A stretch of 64,000 nt of DNA. Source: Euryarchaeota archaeon UBA23 (GTDB taxonomy: Archaea; Thermoplasmatota; Poseidoniia; Poseidoniales; Thalassarchaeaceae). The notes under the pieces are model-generated. The model did no database searches and was not told the origin of the DNA. It saw nothing but the letters and a program-made list of their open reading frames with translations. Below are positions 47,304-56,780 of the stretch, one piece after another. The position numbers and the translations under genes were made by a program. The stretch spans positions 15,512-79,511 of the forward strand of contig DAIJ01000017.1 in assembly GCA_002498725.1 (NCBI GenBank). The letters run 5' to 3'. Positions within the stretch are counted from its first letter, which is position 1. Every line of letters starts with the position of its first letter.

Positions 47304-49175
47304 TTGAGGTACTTTCCGATAGAATGGCATGATTTACTTGCTGATGAATTCATGCTTGAATTAATCGAAGAAGGTCATATCACAATGCATAGGTTCCGAC
47401 CTAAATATCAGATATTTGCGCGTTCAATAGAAGAGTATCCGAGTGAATGCACATCTGCCGCTGGAATTATGCTGATGATCCAGAACAATTTAGATCCAAG
47501 AGTCGCTCAATATCCCTATGATTTGATAACATATGGGGGAAATGGTGCTGTTTTCCAAAATTGGGCGCAGTATCTTTTGACGATGTCATATCTTAGTCGT
47601 ATGAATGAAAATCAGACATTAGTGATGTATTCTGGGCATCCTTTAGGACTATTTCCTTCCGATCAAAATTCCCCTAGAGTGGTGGTAACAAATGGCATAG
47701 TTATACCTAATCATTCAAAGCAAAGTGATTATGAGAAATTCAATGCTCTTGGAGTATCCCAATATGGCCAAATGACTGCAGGTTCTTACATGTACATAGG
47801 GCCTCAAGGTATAGTGCATGGGACTACAATTACTATACTTAATGCTGCACGCAAATATCTAAATATTTCAGGTGATGATGATTTAGGTGGGATTCTTTTT
47901 GTCACATCAGGATTAGGTGGTATGTCGGGTGCTCAACCTAAAGCAGCTGTTATTTGTGGTGCTGTTTGTTTAGTTGCTGAAACTAATCTTCATGCAGCAC
48001 AAAAAAGACTTGATCAAGGATGGTTAAGCGAATTATATGATGATTTAGATTTGATAATTTCTCGAGTTCGTAATGCTATGAAGTCTAGAGAAGCCGTATC
48101 AATTGGGTATCATGGCAATATTGTAGATCTTCTATCAGCATTAGATAAAGAAAATATCACCCCTCATCTAGGAAGTGATCAAACAAGTTTGCATAACCCT
48201 TGGCTAGGAGGATATATTCCAACTGGTTATTCTCATGAAGAAGCTCTGAATCTTCTGAAAGAAAATCCAAATAAATTCAAAATGGAAGTTCAAAGAACCC
48301 TTAGAGAACATGCTGAAATAATAAGTCAATTAACCAAAAAAGGCATGTATTTTTGGGATTATGGGAATGCTTTCTTGCTTGAAACCAGTCGTGCAGGAGC
48401 AGATATGATTGATAGTAATGAATTCATTTATCCATCGTACGTTGAAGATATAATGGGTCCAATCTGTTTTGATTATGGATTCGGACCATTTAGATGGGTT
48501 TGCACTTCAGGGAAAAACACAGATCTCGAAATAACAGATGAAATAGCAAAATTAGTACTTACTCTTCAGGCTGAAAAAGCGACTCCAGACATCAAGCAAC
48601 AGATATTAGATAACATAAGTTGGATAGATCAAGCGAATGATCATAATTTAGTAGTAGGCAGTAAAGCTCGAATTTTGTATGCCGATGAAAAGGGTCGTCG
48701 GGAAATTGCCTCTGCCTTCAATAAGGCTATTGCCAAGGGGGAAATCGAATCACCAATCATTCTTGGGAGAGATCATCATGATGTCTCAGGTACTGATAGC
48801 CCCTATCGTGAAACTGCCAACATAAAGGACGGTTCTATGTTTACGGCAGATATGTCTGTACAAAATTTCGTTGGCGATTCTTTTAGGGGAGCAACATGGG
48901 TCAGTCTTCACAACGGCGGAGGAGTAGGCTGGGGTGAAGTCATAAATGGTGGATTTGGAATGCTAATTGATGGTAGTGAAAGGAGTCAGAATAATATCGA
49001 TGCTATGCTTTCTTGGGATGTAAATAATGGTATTGCAAGACGTGCATGGGCTAGAAATAGTGGTTCAATTGATGCTATAAAGAGGGCCATGGAATTTAAT
49101 GAAGAACTTGAAGTTACTATACCCAATATTGTTTCACAAGATATTTTAGATAGAATGAAAAAACCAATTGATTGA
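47304..49175 (+). CDS. hutU: urocanate hydratase, long UROC1-like form; the true start is probably upstream of the track start
   Basis: TYGGNGAVFQNW, QTLVMYSGHPLGLFPS, YGQMTAGSYMYIGPQGIVHGT, GLGGMSGAQ, GRDHHDVSGTDSP, HNGGGVGWG. The in-frame open sequence 47154-47303 encodes further homologous-looking residues (see finding). Confidence 0.9.
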   Translation: MRYFPIEWHDLLADEFMLELIEEGHITMHRFRPKYQIFARSIEEYPSECTSAAGIMLMIQNNLDPRVAQYPYDLITYGGNGAVFQNWAQYLLTMSYLSRMNENQTLVMYSGHPLGLFPSDQNSPRVVVTNGIVIPNHSKQSDYEKFNALGVSQYGQMTAGSYMYIGPQGIVHGTTITILNAARKYLNISGDDDLGGILFVTSGLGGMSGAQPKAAVICGAVCLVAETNLHAAQKRLDQGWLSELYDDLDLIISRVRNAMKSREAVSIGYHGNIVDLLSALDKENITPHLGSDQTSLHNPWLGGYIPTGYSHEEALNLLKENPNKFKMEVQRTLREHAEIISQLTKKGMYFWDYGNAFLLETSRAGADMIDSNEFIYPSYVEDIMGPICFDYGFGPFRWVCTSGKNTDLEITDEIAKLVLTLQAEKATPDIKQQILDNISWIDQANDHNLVVGSKARILYADEKGRREIASAFNKAIAKGEIESPIILGRDHHDVSGTDSPYRETANIKDGSMFTADMSVQNFVGDSFRGATWVSLHNGGGVGWGEVINGGFGMLIDGSERSQNNIDAMLSWDVNNGIARRAWARNSGSIDAIKRAMEFNEELEVTIPNIVSQDILDRMKKPID

Positions 49176-49201
49176 AAAATATGACATAGGAGGGAGGATT
49201 A

Positions 49202-50728
49202 ATGAATTTACCAGAAGTGCTTATTGATGGGCAAAATCTTTCCATCGAGGATCTCATAATTATTAGAGATGGACCAGCGATTTTAAAATTGGATAATGCC
49301 GCCAAATCAAGAATGCAAATGTCTCATAATGCAATTCTTGAAATTGTTAACTCAGAAGATTTAGTTTATGGTATTAATACTGGTTTCGGCGCAATGTCAA
49401 ATGTCAGAATAAATGACCAGGATCTCGCTAAACTGCAGGTTAATTTGATTCGTAGTCATGCCTGTGGAGTGGGTGAATTGATGGATCCGGAACACGTTTT
49501 AATGATGATGGCAATACGGGCTAATTCTCTTGCGATTGGTCATTCAGGTATTCGCCCTCATGTTGTTGAGGTAATTATAGAATTGATAAACAAAAGAATA
49601 TGTCCTATTGTGCCTAGAATAGGATCTCTCGGTGCCTCTGGAGATCTGGCCCCTCTTTCTCATTTAGCTTTAGGATTAATTGGGGAATCAGATTTTGTTA
49701 TTGAAAAAGATGGAATTTGGGAATTGATAACACCCGATGAAGCATTTGGCAAAATTAATCATTCATTTATCAATTTACAGGCTAAAGAAGGGCTTTCTCT
49801 AATCAATGGCACCAGTCAGATGTGTACTTTCTTAGCTGAAGCAGTTCATATGTTGGAAACTTTAGTATTCAGTGCTGATTGTTCTACCGCGTGTTCTGTT
49901 GAGGCAATTAAGGGCTCACACAAACCTTTTGACTCTCGAATACATGCTACTAGGCCACATTTTGGTCAGTCAGTTAGTGCAGCCAGAATTCTTTCTCTTC
50001 TTTCTAATTCTGAAATTAATGACTCTCATATTGATTGCGACAGAGTGCAGGACGCCTACTCATTACGGTGCGCTCCACAAGTTCATGGTCCGGTAATTGA
50101 TGAATTGATTAAAGCGAGAGAGAGTTTACTAGTTGAATTAAATTCCGTTACCGATAATCCTCTTATTTTCATAAATTCTGATGCCGAAATTGATGTTATT
50201 AGTGGTGGTAATTTTCATGGACAAAAACTAGCTATGTTAGCAGATAATTTAGCAATCTGCACCCACGAATTAGGATCTATCTCTGAGAGACGAACTAATC
50301 TACTAATGAATCCCCAATGGACTGAACAGAAAGCATTCTTAGCCAACGAAGATGGGCTTGAGAGTGGTTTGATGATTCTGCAATATGTTTCTGCAGCTTG
50401 TCTGGCTGAAATGCAAGTATTGTCCACACCAGCATCAATATCTAATGTACCAGTAAGCATGGGTAAAGAAGATCATGTTTCTATGGGTGCCACTTCTGCA
50501 AATAAATTATTAAAAAATTGTGAATACCTTTCTTATATTCTCGCAAATGAAATCATTGCTAGCAATATTTGCCTTAGAAACATAAAAGAAAAGCCTGGTA
50601 AAGGGGTTAACAAAATCGTAAAAATTGTTGATCATTATATACCTGAAATGAATACAGACCAATCCTTCTCCGAAGTCACAGAGAATTTAGCCTACGCAAT
50701 TAGAAATGGATTATTGCATGATGTCTGA
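49202..50728 (+). CDS. hutH: histidine ammonia-lyase
   Basis: YGINTGFG and GSLGASGDLAPLSHLA (MIO-forming Ala-Ser-Gly). Confidence 0.93.
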   Translation: MNLPEVLIDGQNLSIEDLIIIRDGPAILKLDNAAKSRMQMSHNAILEIVNSEDLVYGINTGFGAMSNVRINDQDLAKLQVNLIRSHACGVGELMDPEHVLMMMAIRANSLAIGHSGIRPHVVEVIIELINKRICPIVPRIGSLGASGDLAPLSHLALGLIGESDFVIEKDGIWELITPDEAFGKINHSFINLQAKEGLSLINGTSQMCTFLAEAVHMLETLVFSADCSTACSVEAIKGSHKPFDSRIHATRPHFGQSVSAARILSLLSNSEINDSHIDCDRVQDAYSLRCAPQVHGPVIDELIKARESLLVELNSVTDNPLIFINSDAEIDVISGGNFHGQKLAMLADNLAICTHELGSISERRTNLLMNPQWTEQKAFLANEDGLESGLMILQYVSAACLAEMQVLSTPASISNVPVSMGKEDHVSMGATSANKLLKNCEYLSYILANEIIASNICLRNIKEKPGKGVNKIVKIVDHYIPEMNTDQSFSEVTENLAYAIRNGLLHDV

Positions 50729-50737
50729 GGTGTGAAA

Positions 50738-51451
50738 ATGCAAGAAAAACTCCATTTAACACAACATCCCGGATTAAACCCTCCTTCATTTAATACAATA
50801 ATTCAAAATATTTCTGACGAAGGTTTGTTCTTAAAAGAGACATATTGCTACCCACGAGGAGGTGGGCAACCAGGGGATAGGGGGTCAATAACTTCAAAAT
50901 CAGGTGTTTCAAAAATGAATGAAGTATTATCTGGTGAATACATTCTACATCCTGTTGAAAACATTTCATTATTCAATGAGGGCGAGGAAGTAACTTGTCA
51001 GATTGATAGCAACTGGAGAAATCGAAATTCAAAAATGCACACTGCTCAACACGTATTTTCCGCATTAGCAAATGAATTATACGGTGCTGAAACCGTTGGC
51101 AATCAAATTAGTGAATCATATACTCGCATAGACCTTTGGTTCCCAGACAGAGACAAGTTCAATCCACAAGAAATAGTTGAGGAGGTAAATGCGTCTTTGA
51201 GATCGGGGTCAGACGTTCTAATACACGAATGGTCTCGTGAAAAGATTCTTTCTCATGAAAACATGCGTCATACTAAATTCATGGATAGAATACCTCCTTC
51301 AATAACTAATCTTAGAGTTGTAGAAATCAAAGGTATTGATTTATGTCCATGTGCCGGAACTCATGTAGGTAATACAAAACAGGTTGATGAAATATCTATT
51401 GAGAATGTTAAATCAAAAGGTTCAGGCAAGTTAAGAATTACTTATATTTGA
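50738..51451 (+). CDS. alaX: AlaX-type alanyl-tRNA editing domain protein
   Basis: MHTAQHVFS (HxxxH) and CPCAGTHV (CxxxH) zinc and editing motifs. GAGGTG lies 5 nt upstream of ATG 50738. Confidence 0.8.
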   Translation: MQEKLHLTQHPGLNPPSFNTIIQNISDEGLFLKETYCYPRGGGQPGDRGSITSKSGVSKMNEVLSGEYILHPVENISLFNEGEEVTCQIDSNWRNRNSKMHTAQHVFSALANELYGAETVGNQISESYTRIDLWFPDRDKFNPQEIVEEVNASLRSGSDVLIHEWSREKILSHENMRHTKFMDRIPPSITNLRVVEIKGIDLCPCAGTHVGNTKQVDEISIENVKSKGSGKLRITYI

Positions 51452-51479
51452 AAAATCATAATTAACTTAATGTTAATGC

Positions 51480-51555
51480 TGGTGGGCTCGGCAGGAATTG
51501 AACCTGCGATCTTCGCCATGTCAAGGCGACGTCATAACCCCTAGACCACGAGCCC
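51480..51555 (-). tRNA. tRNA-Val (anticodon GAC), CCA encoded
   Basis: Reverse strand GGGCTCG TG GTCT AGGGGTTA TGAC G TCGCC TTGACAT GGCGA AGATC GCAGG TTCAATT CCTGC CGAGCCC A CCA. All four arms fold. Confidence 0.9.
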
Positions 51556-51610
51556 AGCACATGTGGCACAATACTATACCAAATGAATGATTCTCTTACA
51601 CATGTTCAAG

Positions 51611-51766
51611 TTAAGAAATGATTTTTGATATTTTACCTACACATCCTGGTTTACTACATGTCCCATAAACTCTAGTTCGCCCATTGCTCATCAGCTTTGT
51701 TAATGGGTTATTAATTATAACAGACTCTTTACAACGCATACAAAACCCGGTAACACCAGTCTGCAT
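51611..51766 (-). CDS. 51-aa zinc-ribbon protein (DUF5679-like pattern), below the ORF-track size cutoff
   Basis: Hand translation: MQTGVTGFCMRCKESVIINNPLTKLMSNGRTRVYGTCSKPGCVGKISKIIS. A CxxCK...NGR...G.C...GC arrangement. Confidence 0.5.
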   Translation of the reverse strand: MQTGVTGFCMRCKESVIINNPLTKLMSNGRTRVYGTCSKPGCVGKISKIIS

Positions 51767-52041
51767 CAAGATGGCTAAGCGATCTCAGATTATGAAGAGT
51801 TTTATCCCCTATGTTCCCCATAAATCATTTGTTTTTCTAATAATCGGTGTACTGCGAGGGTATTTCATTATCCTTCTATTAATTAAATTCTGATAACTAT
51901 GGTTATCGGACAACCGTACACTGTGTTTCATCGATGTTTTTTCCATTACCTGAGTTATTCGGGAATATCTAATAAATTACATTTTGATAAGTTGTTATTA
52001 TTCAATTAATAAACCTCTACGCAAATCATAGGAATAAAAAA

Positions 52042-53331
52042 TCAAATATGATTATACAATTTACCTTTGGAAATAATTTTTTCAACGGGATTGTCTCCTG
52101 GCATTTGGCACCATGAGTCGACATACTTTGAGTTCAGAATAAGTATGTCGGCAGGCCCTCCTATTCTGATAGATCCAGAAACGTGTGAATCTCCTTTTGA
52201 GAATAACGTTGTTGCTGGATTTCTTGTTACACAACATAATGCTTCTAAAGGAGACATTCCCATTCTATGTGTTGCTAGACTTCCAATAAATGGAATAGAA
52301 ATTGTTCTACAATTTGGGTTAAAATCGGTTGCCAATGAAATTGGCCATTTGTTATCAATACATTTTCTCAATGGTAAATCCAATTTTTTACCTAAGACAT
52401 AAGGTGTTCCTGGTAGGAAAGTTTGCATGGTTCCTGAATCACTAGCATACTGTCTTGCCTCATCGCTCGAATATGCTACGTGATCTGCACTTATTGCTTC
52501 AAGTTCTGCAGCTAATCTCAATCCTTCACCATCTTCAAATTCATCGACATGTAATCTTGGTTCTAATCCCATTCTCTTAGCTTCATTGACTATTGTTTCG
52601 GTATCCTCGACTGAAAACCATCCGGGTTCACAAAACACATCAACCCATTTAGCAACATTCTGTTCCACTATAGCGGGTATTTGCTCAGAAAGTAATTCTT
52701 CAATATATTCGTCTTTAGTTAGATTAGTAGGTATGTCGTGAGCACCTAACCAAGTTGAATGCAATTTTACAGGGCTCTCCTTTGAAATTAAATTCATGGT
52801 TTCTAGAATTTTTAATTCACTTTCAGTATCTAGGCCATATCCGCTTTTACACTCCATAGTTGTAGTTCCGAAATTTAAAGCTCTTCTGAGACGTGAATTA
52901 CCTAGTTCGATTAATTCTTTTTTTGTGGCTTTACGAGTTGAATTAACTGTTTGATTAATTCCTCCACCCCTATTGGCTATTTCTTTATATGAAAAGCCAG
53001 ATTGACGTAGTGACATTTCATTAGATCTATCTCCAGACCATAGGAGGTGTGTGTGGCTATCTACAAATCCGGGTATGATTGCTTTCTGTTTGCAATCAAT
53101 TTTTTTCACATTTTTTAGATTTGAAAACTCATCTTCCATTGATTTCGAATCAGAAATTTTGACAATCTCTCCTTCATCAATAAACAGACCTTTTCCAGAT
53201 TCATATATCAATGATGAAAAATCACTCATTTCTTCCCCAACTAAAGGCAAATTTGGGTTACCTGAAGACAAATGAGCGATGGGGCCAGCATTCAATAGTA
53301 GGAGCCGCACGAACACCTGCCAAAGGTTCAT
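52042..53331 (-). CDS. hutI: imidazolonepropionase
   Basis: IIPGFVDSHTHLLWSGDRSNE, HVDEF, and an amidohydrolase Asp region LATDFNP. ATG 53331; the frame is open to GTG 53349. Confidence 0.88.
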   Translation of the reverse strand: MNLWQVFVRLLLLNAGPIAHLSSGNPNLPLVGEEMSDFSSLIYESGKGLFIDEGEIVKISDSKSMEDEFSNLKNVKKIDCKQKAIIPGFVDSHTHLLWSGDRSNEMSLRQSGFSYKEIANRGGGINQTVNSTRKATKKELIELGNSRLRRALNFGTTTMECKSGYGLDTESELKILETMNLISKESPVKLHSTWLGAHDIPTNLTKDEYIEELLSEQIPAIVEQNVAKWVDVFCEPGWFSVEDTETIVNEAKRMGLEPRLHVDEFEDGEGLRLAAELEAISADHVAYSSDEARQYASDSGTMQTFLPGTPYVLGKKLDLPLRKCIDNKWPISLATDFNPNCRTISIPFIGSLATHRMGMSPLEALCCVTRNPATTLFSKGDSHVSGSIRIGGPADILILNSKYVDSWCQMPGDNPVEKIISKGKLYNHI

Positions 53332-53359
53332 TGATATGTACTCTATCACTCACAGTAAT

Positions 53360-54370
53360 ATGAGACAAGTAATCGTGGGCATAGAAAGCACAGCCCACAC
53401 ACTATCTTTTGGGCTTGTTGATATGGATGGAGAGCCACATAATTCATACTCATCCCTATTCCGACCTGATGAAGGCGGAATTCACCCCAGAGAGGCGGCA
53501 GATCATCATTCAGATATAGCATCTAAACTTCTAAGAAGAATGTTAAGTGAAGAAAATTTGCACCCCAATCAAATAAAAGGTATAGCATTTAGTCAAGGAC
53601 CTGGATTAGGGCCCTGTCTAAGAGTTGGAGCAACTGTTGCTAGAGCTTTAGCAGCGAATTGGAATATACCTCTTATTGGAGTAAATCACTGTGTCGCTCA
53701 TATCGAAATTGGGAGGAATCAAACAGGATGTGAAGATCCAGTTCTATTGTATGTCAGTGGTGGTAATACTCAGGTAATAGCCCGTGCTGGAGATCGTTAT
53801 CAAGTGCTAGGGGAAACGTTGGATATTGGGATAGGTAATATGCTAGATAAATTTGCAAGATCGCAAGGAATTCCATTTCCAGGCGGTCCAAAGATAGAAA
53901 TTTTAGCTAACGAATGGTTAGTAAAAAATCCAGAAGCAGACCTAGAAGATATCCCTTTACCCTATAGTGTTCAAGGTATGGATTTAAATTTCTCAGGTAT
54001 ATTAAATGCCGCTCAACAAAGAATTTCTGAAGGCCATGAGATTGGTGCAGTGTGCTGGTCATTACAAGAGCACGCATTCGCTGCTTGTGTTGAAGTCGCA
54101 GAAAGAGCGCTTGCACACACAGGGAAAAATGAATTACTCCTTGGTGGAGGAGTAGCTTGTAATGAAAGAATTCGAGATATGAGTACAAAGATGTGTATTC
54201 AAAGAGGAGATATAGCATCGTGGCCCGAAAAGCGATTCTGTATAGATAATGGGACAATGATTGCAGAACTTGGTAGACGCATGCTAAATGTTGGAATTTC
54301 TACAGATATGTCTCTAAGTTCTGTAGATCCATCTCTGCGTACCGATCATACAATAGTAACGTGGGAATAA
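53360..54370 (+). CDS. kae1: tRNA N6-adenosine threonylcarbamoyltransferase Kae1 (not fused to Bud32)
   Basis: VGIESTAHTLSFGLVD, GIAFSQGPGLGPCLRVGA, GVNHCVAHIEIGR, LLYVSGGNTQV. The track start 53279 overlaps hutI and adds 27 unlikely residues. Confidence 0.9.
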   Translation: MRQVIVGIESTAHTLSFGLVDMDGEPHNSYSSLFRPDEGGIHPREAADHHSDIASKLLRRMLSEENLHPNQIKGIAFSQGPGLGPCLRVGATVARALAANWNIPLIGVNHCVAHIEIGRNQTGCEDPVLLYVSGGNTQVIARAGDRYQVLGETLDIGIGNMLDKFARSQGIPFPGGPKIEILANEWLVKNPEADLEDIPLPYSVQGMDLNFSGILNAAQQRISEGHEIGAVCWSLQEHAFAACVEVAERALAHTGKNELLLGGGVACNERIRDMSTKMCIQRGDIASWPEKRFCIDNGTMIAELGRRMLNVGISTDMSLSSVDPSLRTDHTIVTWE

Positions 54371-54430
54371 TATACTCTGCGAAGGCTTATGAAAAGGCCC
54401 TTGTGAGAATAGACTAGAAGGTAGTGCTGA

Positions 54431-55123
54431 ATGCAGAGAAGGCGTAAACCAAAAAATGAGCCTAAGAATATCTTTAGTAAAGGTGGTCAGCATTCTAATA
54501 AATCAACGCGGCAAACAAAAAAGGATCCAAATTTAACAAAACCATCTTCCAAATCCATGCCGAGACCTGCTCCTCCAATTTCTAAGAAGAAGGATACCGA
54601 TAAGAAATCTCAAAAAGAAAAGAATAACATTATCGAAGAGCAAATTTTGGGTACTCAAATGAAAAAGGGAAGAGGGCTTCAAGAGAAAAGTAGTGAAGAC
54701 GTTAAAGAAGTTACAAAAACCAGTACTCGGGCTCAACAAATCATCGAAGCCTCAAAGGCTCGCGCTGCGGCAATAAAACCTGTTAAGGCAGTAGTAAAAC
54801 CAGTTGAACCAGTTAAACCAATCGTCAAAAAAATAACTAGGAAGAAAACCAATACATCATATCAGGCGGCAAATCCAGAAAAAAGACTTGACAGATCTAG
54901 ACATATGGAATACAAATACGAGATGAAAAGATTACTAGTAGAAATTGGCGTCCCGGAAGAGCATCGTTCAGCCTTACTAGGAACTATATGGGCAAAGGGA
55001 GAGAGGCAAACATCCCACTCAGCTCGAGAATATATTAGACAAAAAGAGAAAGAAGGCATGATCGATGAAGATCAGGTTAAAAAATTGATTTCGGTTGTGG
55101 ATAATTATACCATTAGACGCTGA
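54431..55123 (+). CDS. hypothetical protein: about 150 aa of Lys/Pro/Ser-rich low complexity plus a roughly 75-aa compact C-terminal domain
   Basis: N-terminal KKDPNLTKPSSKS..., a KPVKAVVKPVEPVKPIVKK repeat, and C-terminal MEYKYEMKRLLVEIGVPEEHRSALLGTIWAKGE...VVDNYTIRR. Confidence 0.5.
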   Translation: MQRRRKPKNEPKNIFSKGGQHSNKSTRQTKKDPNLTKPSSKSMPRPAPPISKKKDTDKKSQKEKNNIIEEQILGTQMKKGRGLQEKSSEDVKEVTKTSTRAQQIIEASKARAAAIKPVKAVVKPVEPVKPIVKKITRKKTNTSYQAANPEKRLDRSRHMEYKYEMKRLLVEIGVPEEHRSALLGTIWAKGERQTSHSAREYIRQKEKEGMIDEDQVKKLISVVDNYTIRR

Positions 55124-55150
55124 TTATTAGGATGATTAAGCATAGGTTTC

Positions 55151-56770
55151 ATGCATCTATTCCCCCTCAGAGGGACAATGGACGGTTCTACGAACTCCAA
55201 TGGGCTACATTCAGATAGGTCTTCTCACCCATCTCCTGAGTCACTTTTGGATTCAAATCATCCGCCTCAGGGACATCCTCTTTCAGGTAACCCACCATAC
55301 ACCAGAGGGATATATTCTGACATGTATAGACAACGTCTCTGGACAATGAGGCAATATGCTGGTTTTTCGGATGCAGAATCTACAAATATACGATTTAAGA
55401 ATTTATTAAATCAGGGTCAGTCGGGTTTATCTGTCGCCTTTGACCTCCCTACTCAATTGGGTTTGGATTCGGATGATTCACTTTCAGAAGGAGAAGTAGG
55501 TAAAGTTGGTGTACCAATTGATAGTATTGATGATATGAGGAAATTGTTTGAGGATATCGATCTCGGTAGTATATCTACTTCTATGACAATTAATGCACCT
55601 GCGAGTTCATTATTTGCATTATATGTGGCGCTTGCTGATGAATTGGGCATAGATCGTAAAAAATTAAGGGGGACTGTACAAAATGACATCCTCAAGGAAT
55701 ATATTGCAAGAGGATTGTATATATTCCCTCCATCCTCATCATTAAGATTAACAACAGATCTTATGAATTGGTGCAGCAAAAACACCCCTTTATGGAATTC
55801 AATATCTGTAAGTGGATATCATATGAGGGAAGCAGGATGTACGGCTGCACAAGAAATTGCATTTACAATTTCAAATGGTTTACAATATATAGAATCTGCA
55901 ATTTCTAGTGGAATGAAAGTTGATGATTTCGCACCTAGAATTTCTTTTTTCTTCGGCTGTCATAATGATTTCTTTGAAGAAGTTTCAAAGTTTAGAGCTG
56001 CTAGGAAACTATGGTATGAAATGGTTACAGAAAGATATTCACCAGTAAATGAAAAATCTGCTATGTTAAGATTCCATACGCAAACTGCTGGAGTCACACT
56101 TACTGCCCAACAACCATTGAATAATGCAGTTCGAGTTTCATACCAGGCAATGTCAGCAGTTCTTGGTGGCACTCAAAGTTTGCATACCAATTCTTACGAT
56201 GAAGCTATAGGTTTGCCTACCGAAATATCTTCAAGTCTAGCCCTCAGAACACAGCAAATCTTGGCTAATGAAACAAAGATATCCGAAGTAGTTGACCCGT
56301 TGGCCGGATCATACCTAGTAGAAGAATTAACAGCTACTTTAATTGAAGAAGCAAAAGAAATTATTGAAACAATCGATAATCGGGGAGGAGCATTAGAATG
56401 CGTCATTTCGGGATATCAGCAAAAAGAAATTCACGAAAGTGCATGGAACCAACTCAATTCTATAGAATCTGGTACAACAAAGGTAGTTGGGGTGAACATT
56501 AATGTTGAAGATGGAGATTATAATATGAAATCTCAAATATTAGATAAGAATCTAGTTTCCAAACAACTTGAACGACTAGAAAAAATTAGACAAGAAAGAA
56601 ATCAAAGTATTGTTGATGAAAAATTATTGTCGTTGAAATCAGCAGCAGATGGTGATATGAATTTAATCGATCCAATGATAGATGCATATAGAAGTGGAGC
56701 AACTATTGGAGAAGTAAATGGTGTACTGAGGTCATCATTTGGTACTTGGATAGCACCAAGCGGAGTATGA
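55151..56770 (+). CDS. methylmalonyl-CoA mutase, large catalytic (substrate-binding) subunit without a B12-binding domain
   Basis: PPYTRGIYSDMYRQRLWTMRQYAGF, GLSVAFDLPTQ, FFFGCHNDFFEE. Ends before any B12-binding (DxHxxG) domain. ATG 55178 is an alternative start. Confidence 0.88.
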   Translation: MHLFPLRGTMDGSTNSNGLHSDRSSHPSPESLLDSNHPPQGHPLSGNPPYTRGIYSDMYRQRLWTMRQYAGFSDAESTNIRFKNLLNQGQSGLSVAFDLPTQLGLDSDDSLSEGEVGKVGVPIDSIDDMRKLFEDIDLGSISTSMTINAPASSLFALYVALADELGIDRKKLRGTVQNDILKEYIARGLYIFPPSSSLRLTTDLMNWCSKNTPLWNSISVSGYHMREAGCTAAQEIAFTISNGLQYIESAISSGMKVDDFAPRISFFFGCHNDFFEEVSKFRAARKLWYEMVTERYSPVNEKSAMLRFHTQTAGVTLTAQQPLNNAVRVSYQAMSAVLGGTQSLHTNSYDEAIGLPTEISSSLALRTQQILANETKISEVVDPLAGSYLVEELTATLIEEAKEIIETIDNRGGALECVISGYQQKEIHESAWNQLNSIESGTTKVVGVNINVEDGDYNMKSQILDKNLVSKQLERLEKIRQERNQSIVDEKLLSLKSAADGDMNLIDPMIDAYRSGATIGEVNGVLRSSFGTWIAPSGV

Positions 56771-56780
56771 GGTGTGTTAA

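Noticed and set aside
51684-51893. 69-aa plus-strand ORF between tRNA-Val and hutI
   Set aside because: It is a hydrophobic, Ile/Leu/Phe-rich translation typical of AT-rich non-coding or antisense sequence. The antisense 51-aa zinc-ribbon ORF is more protein-like.
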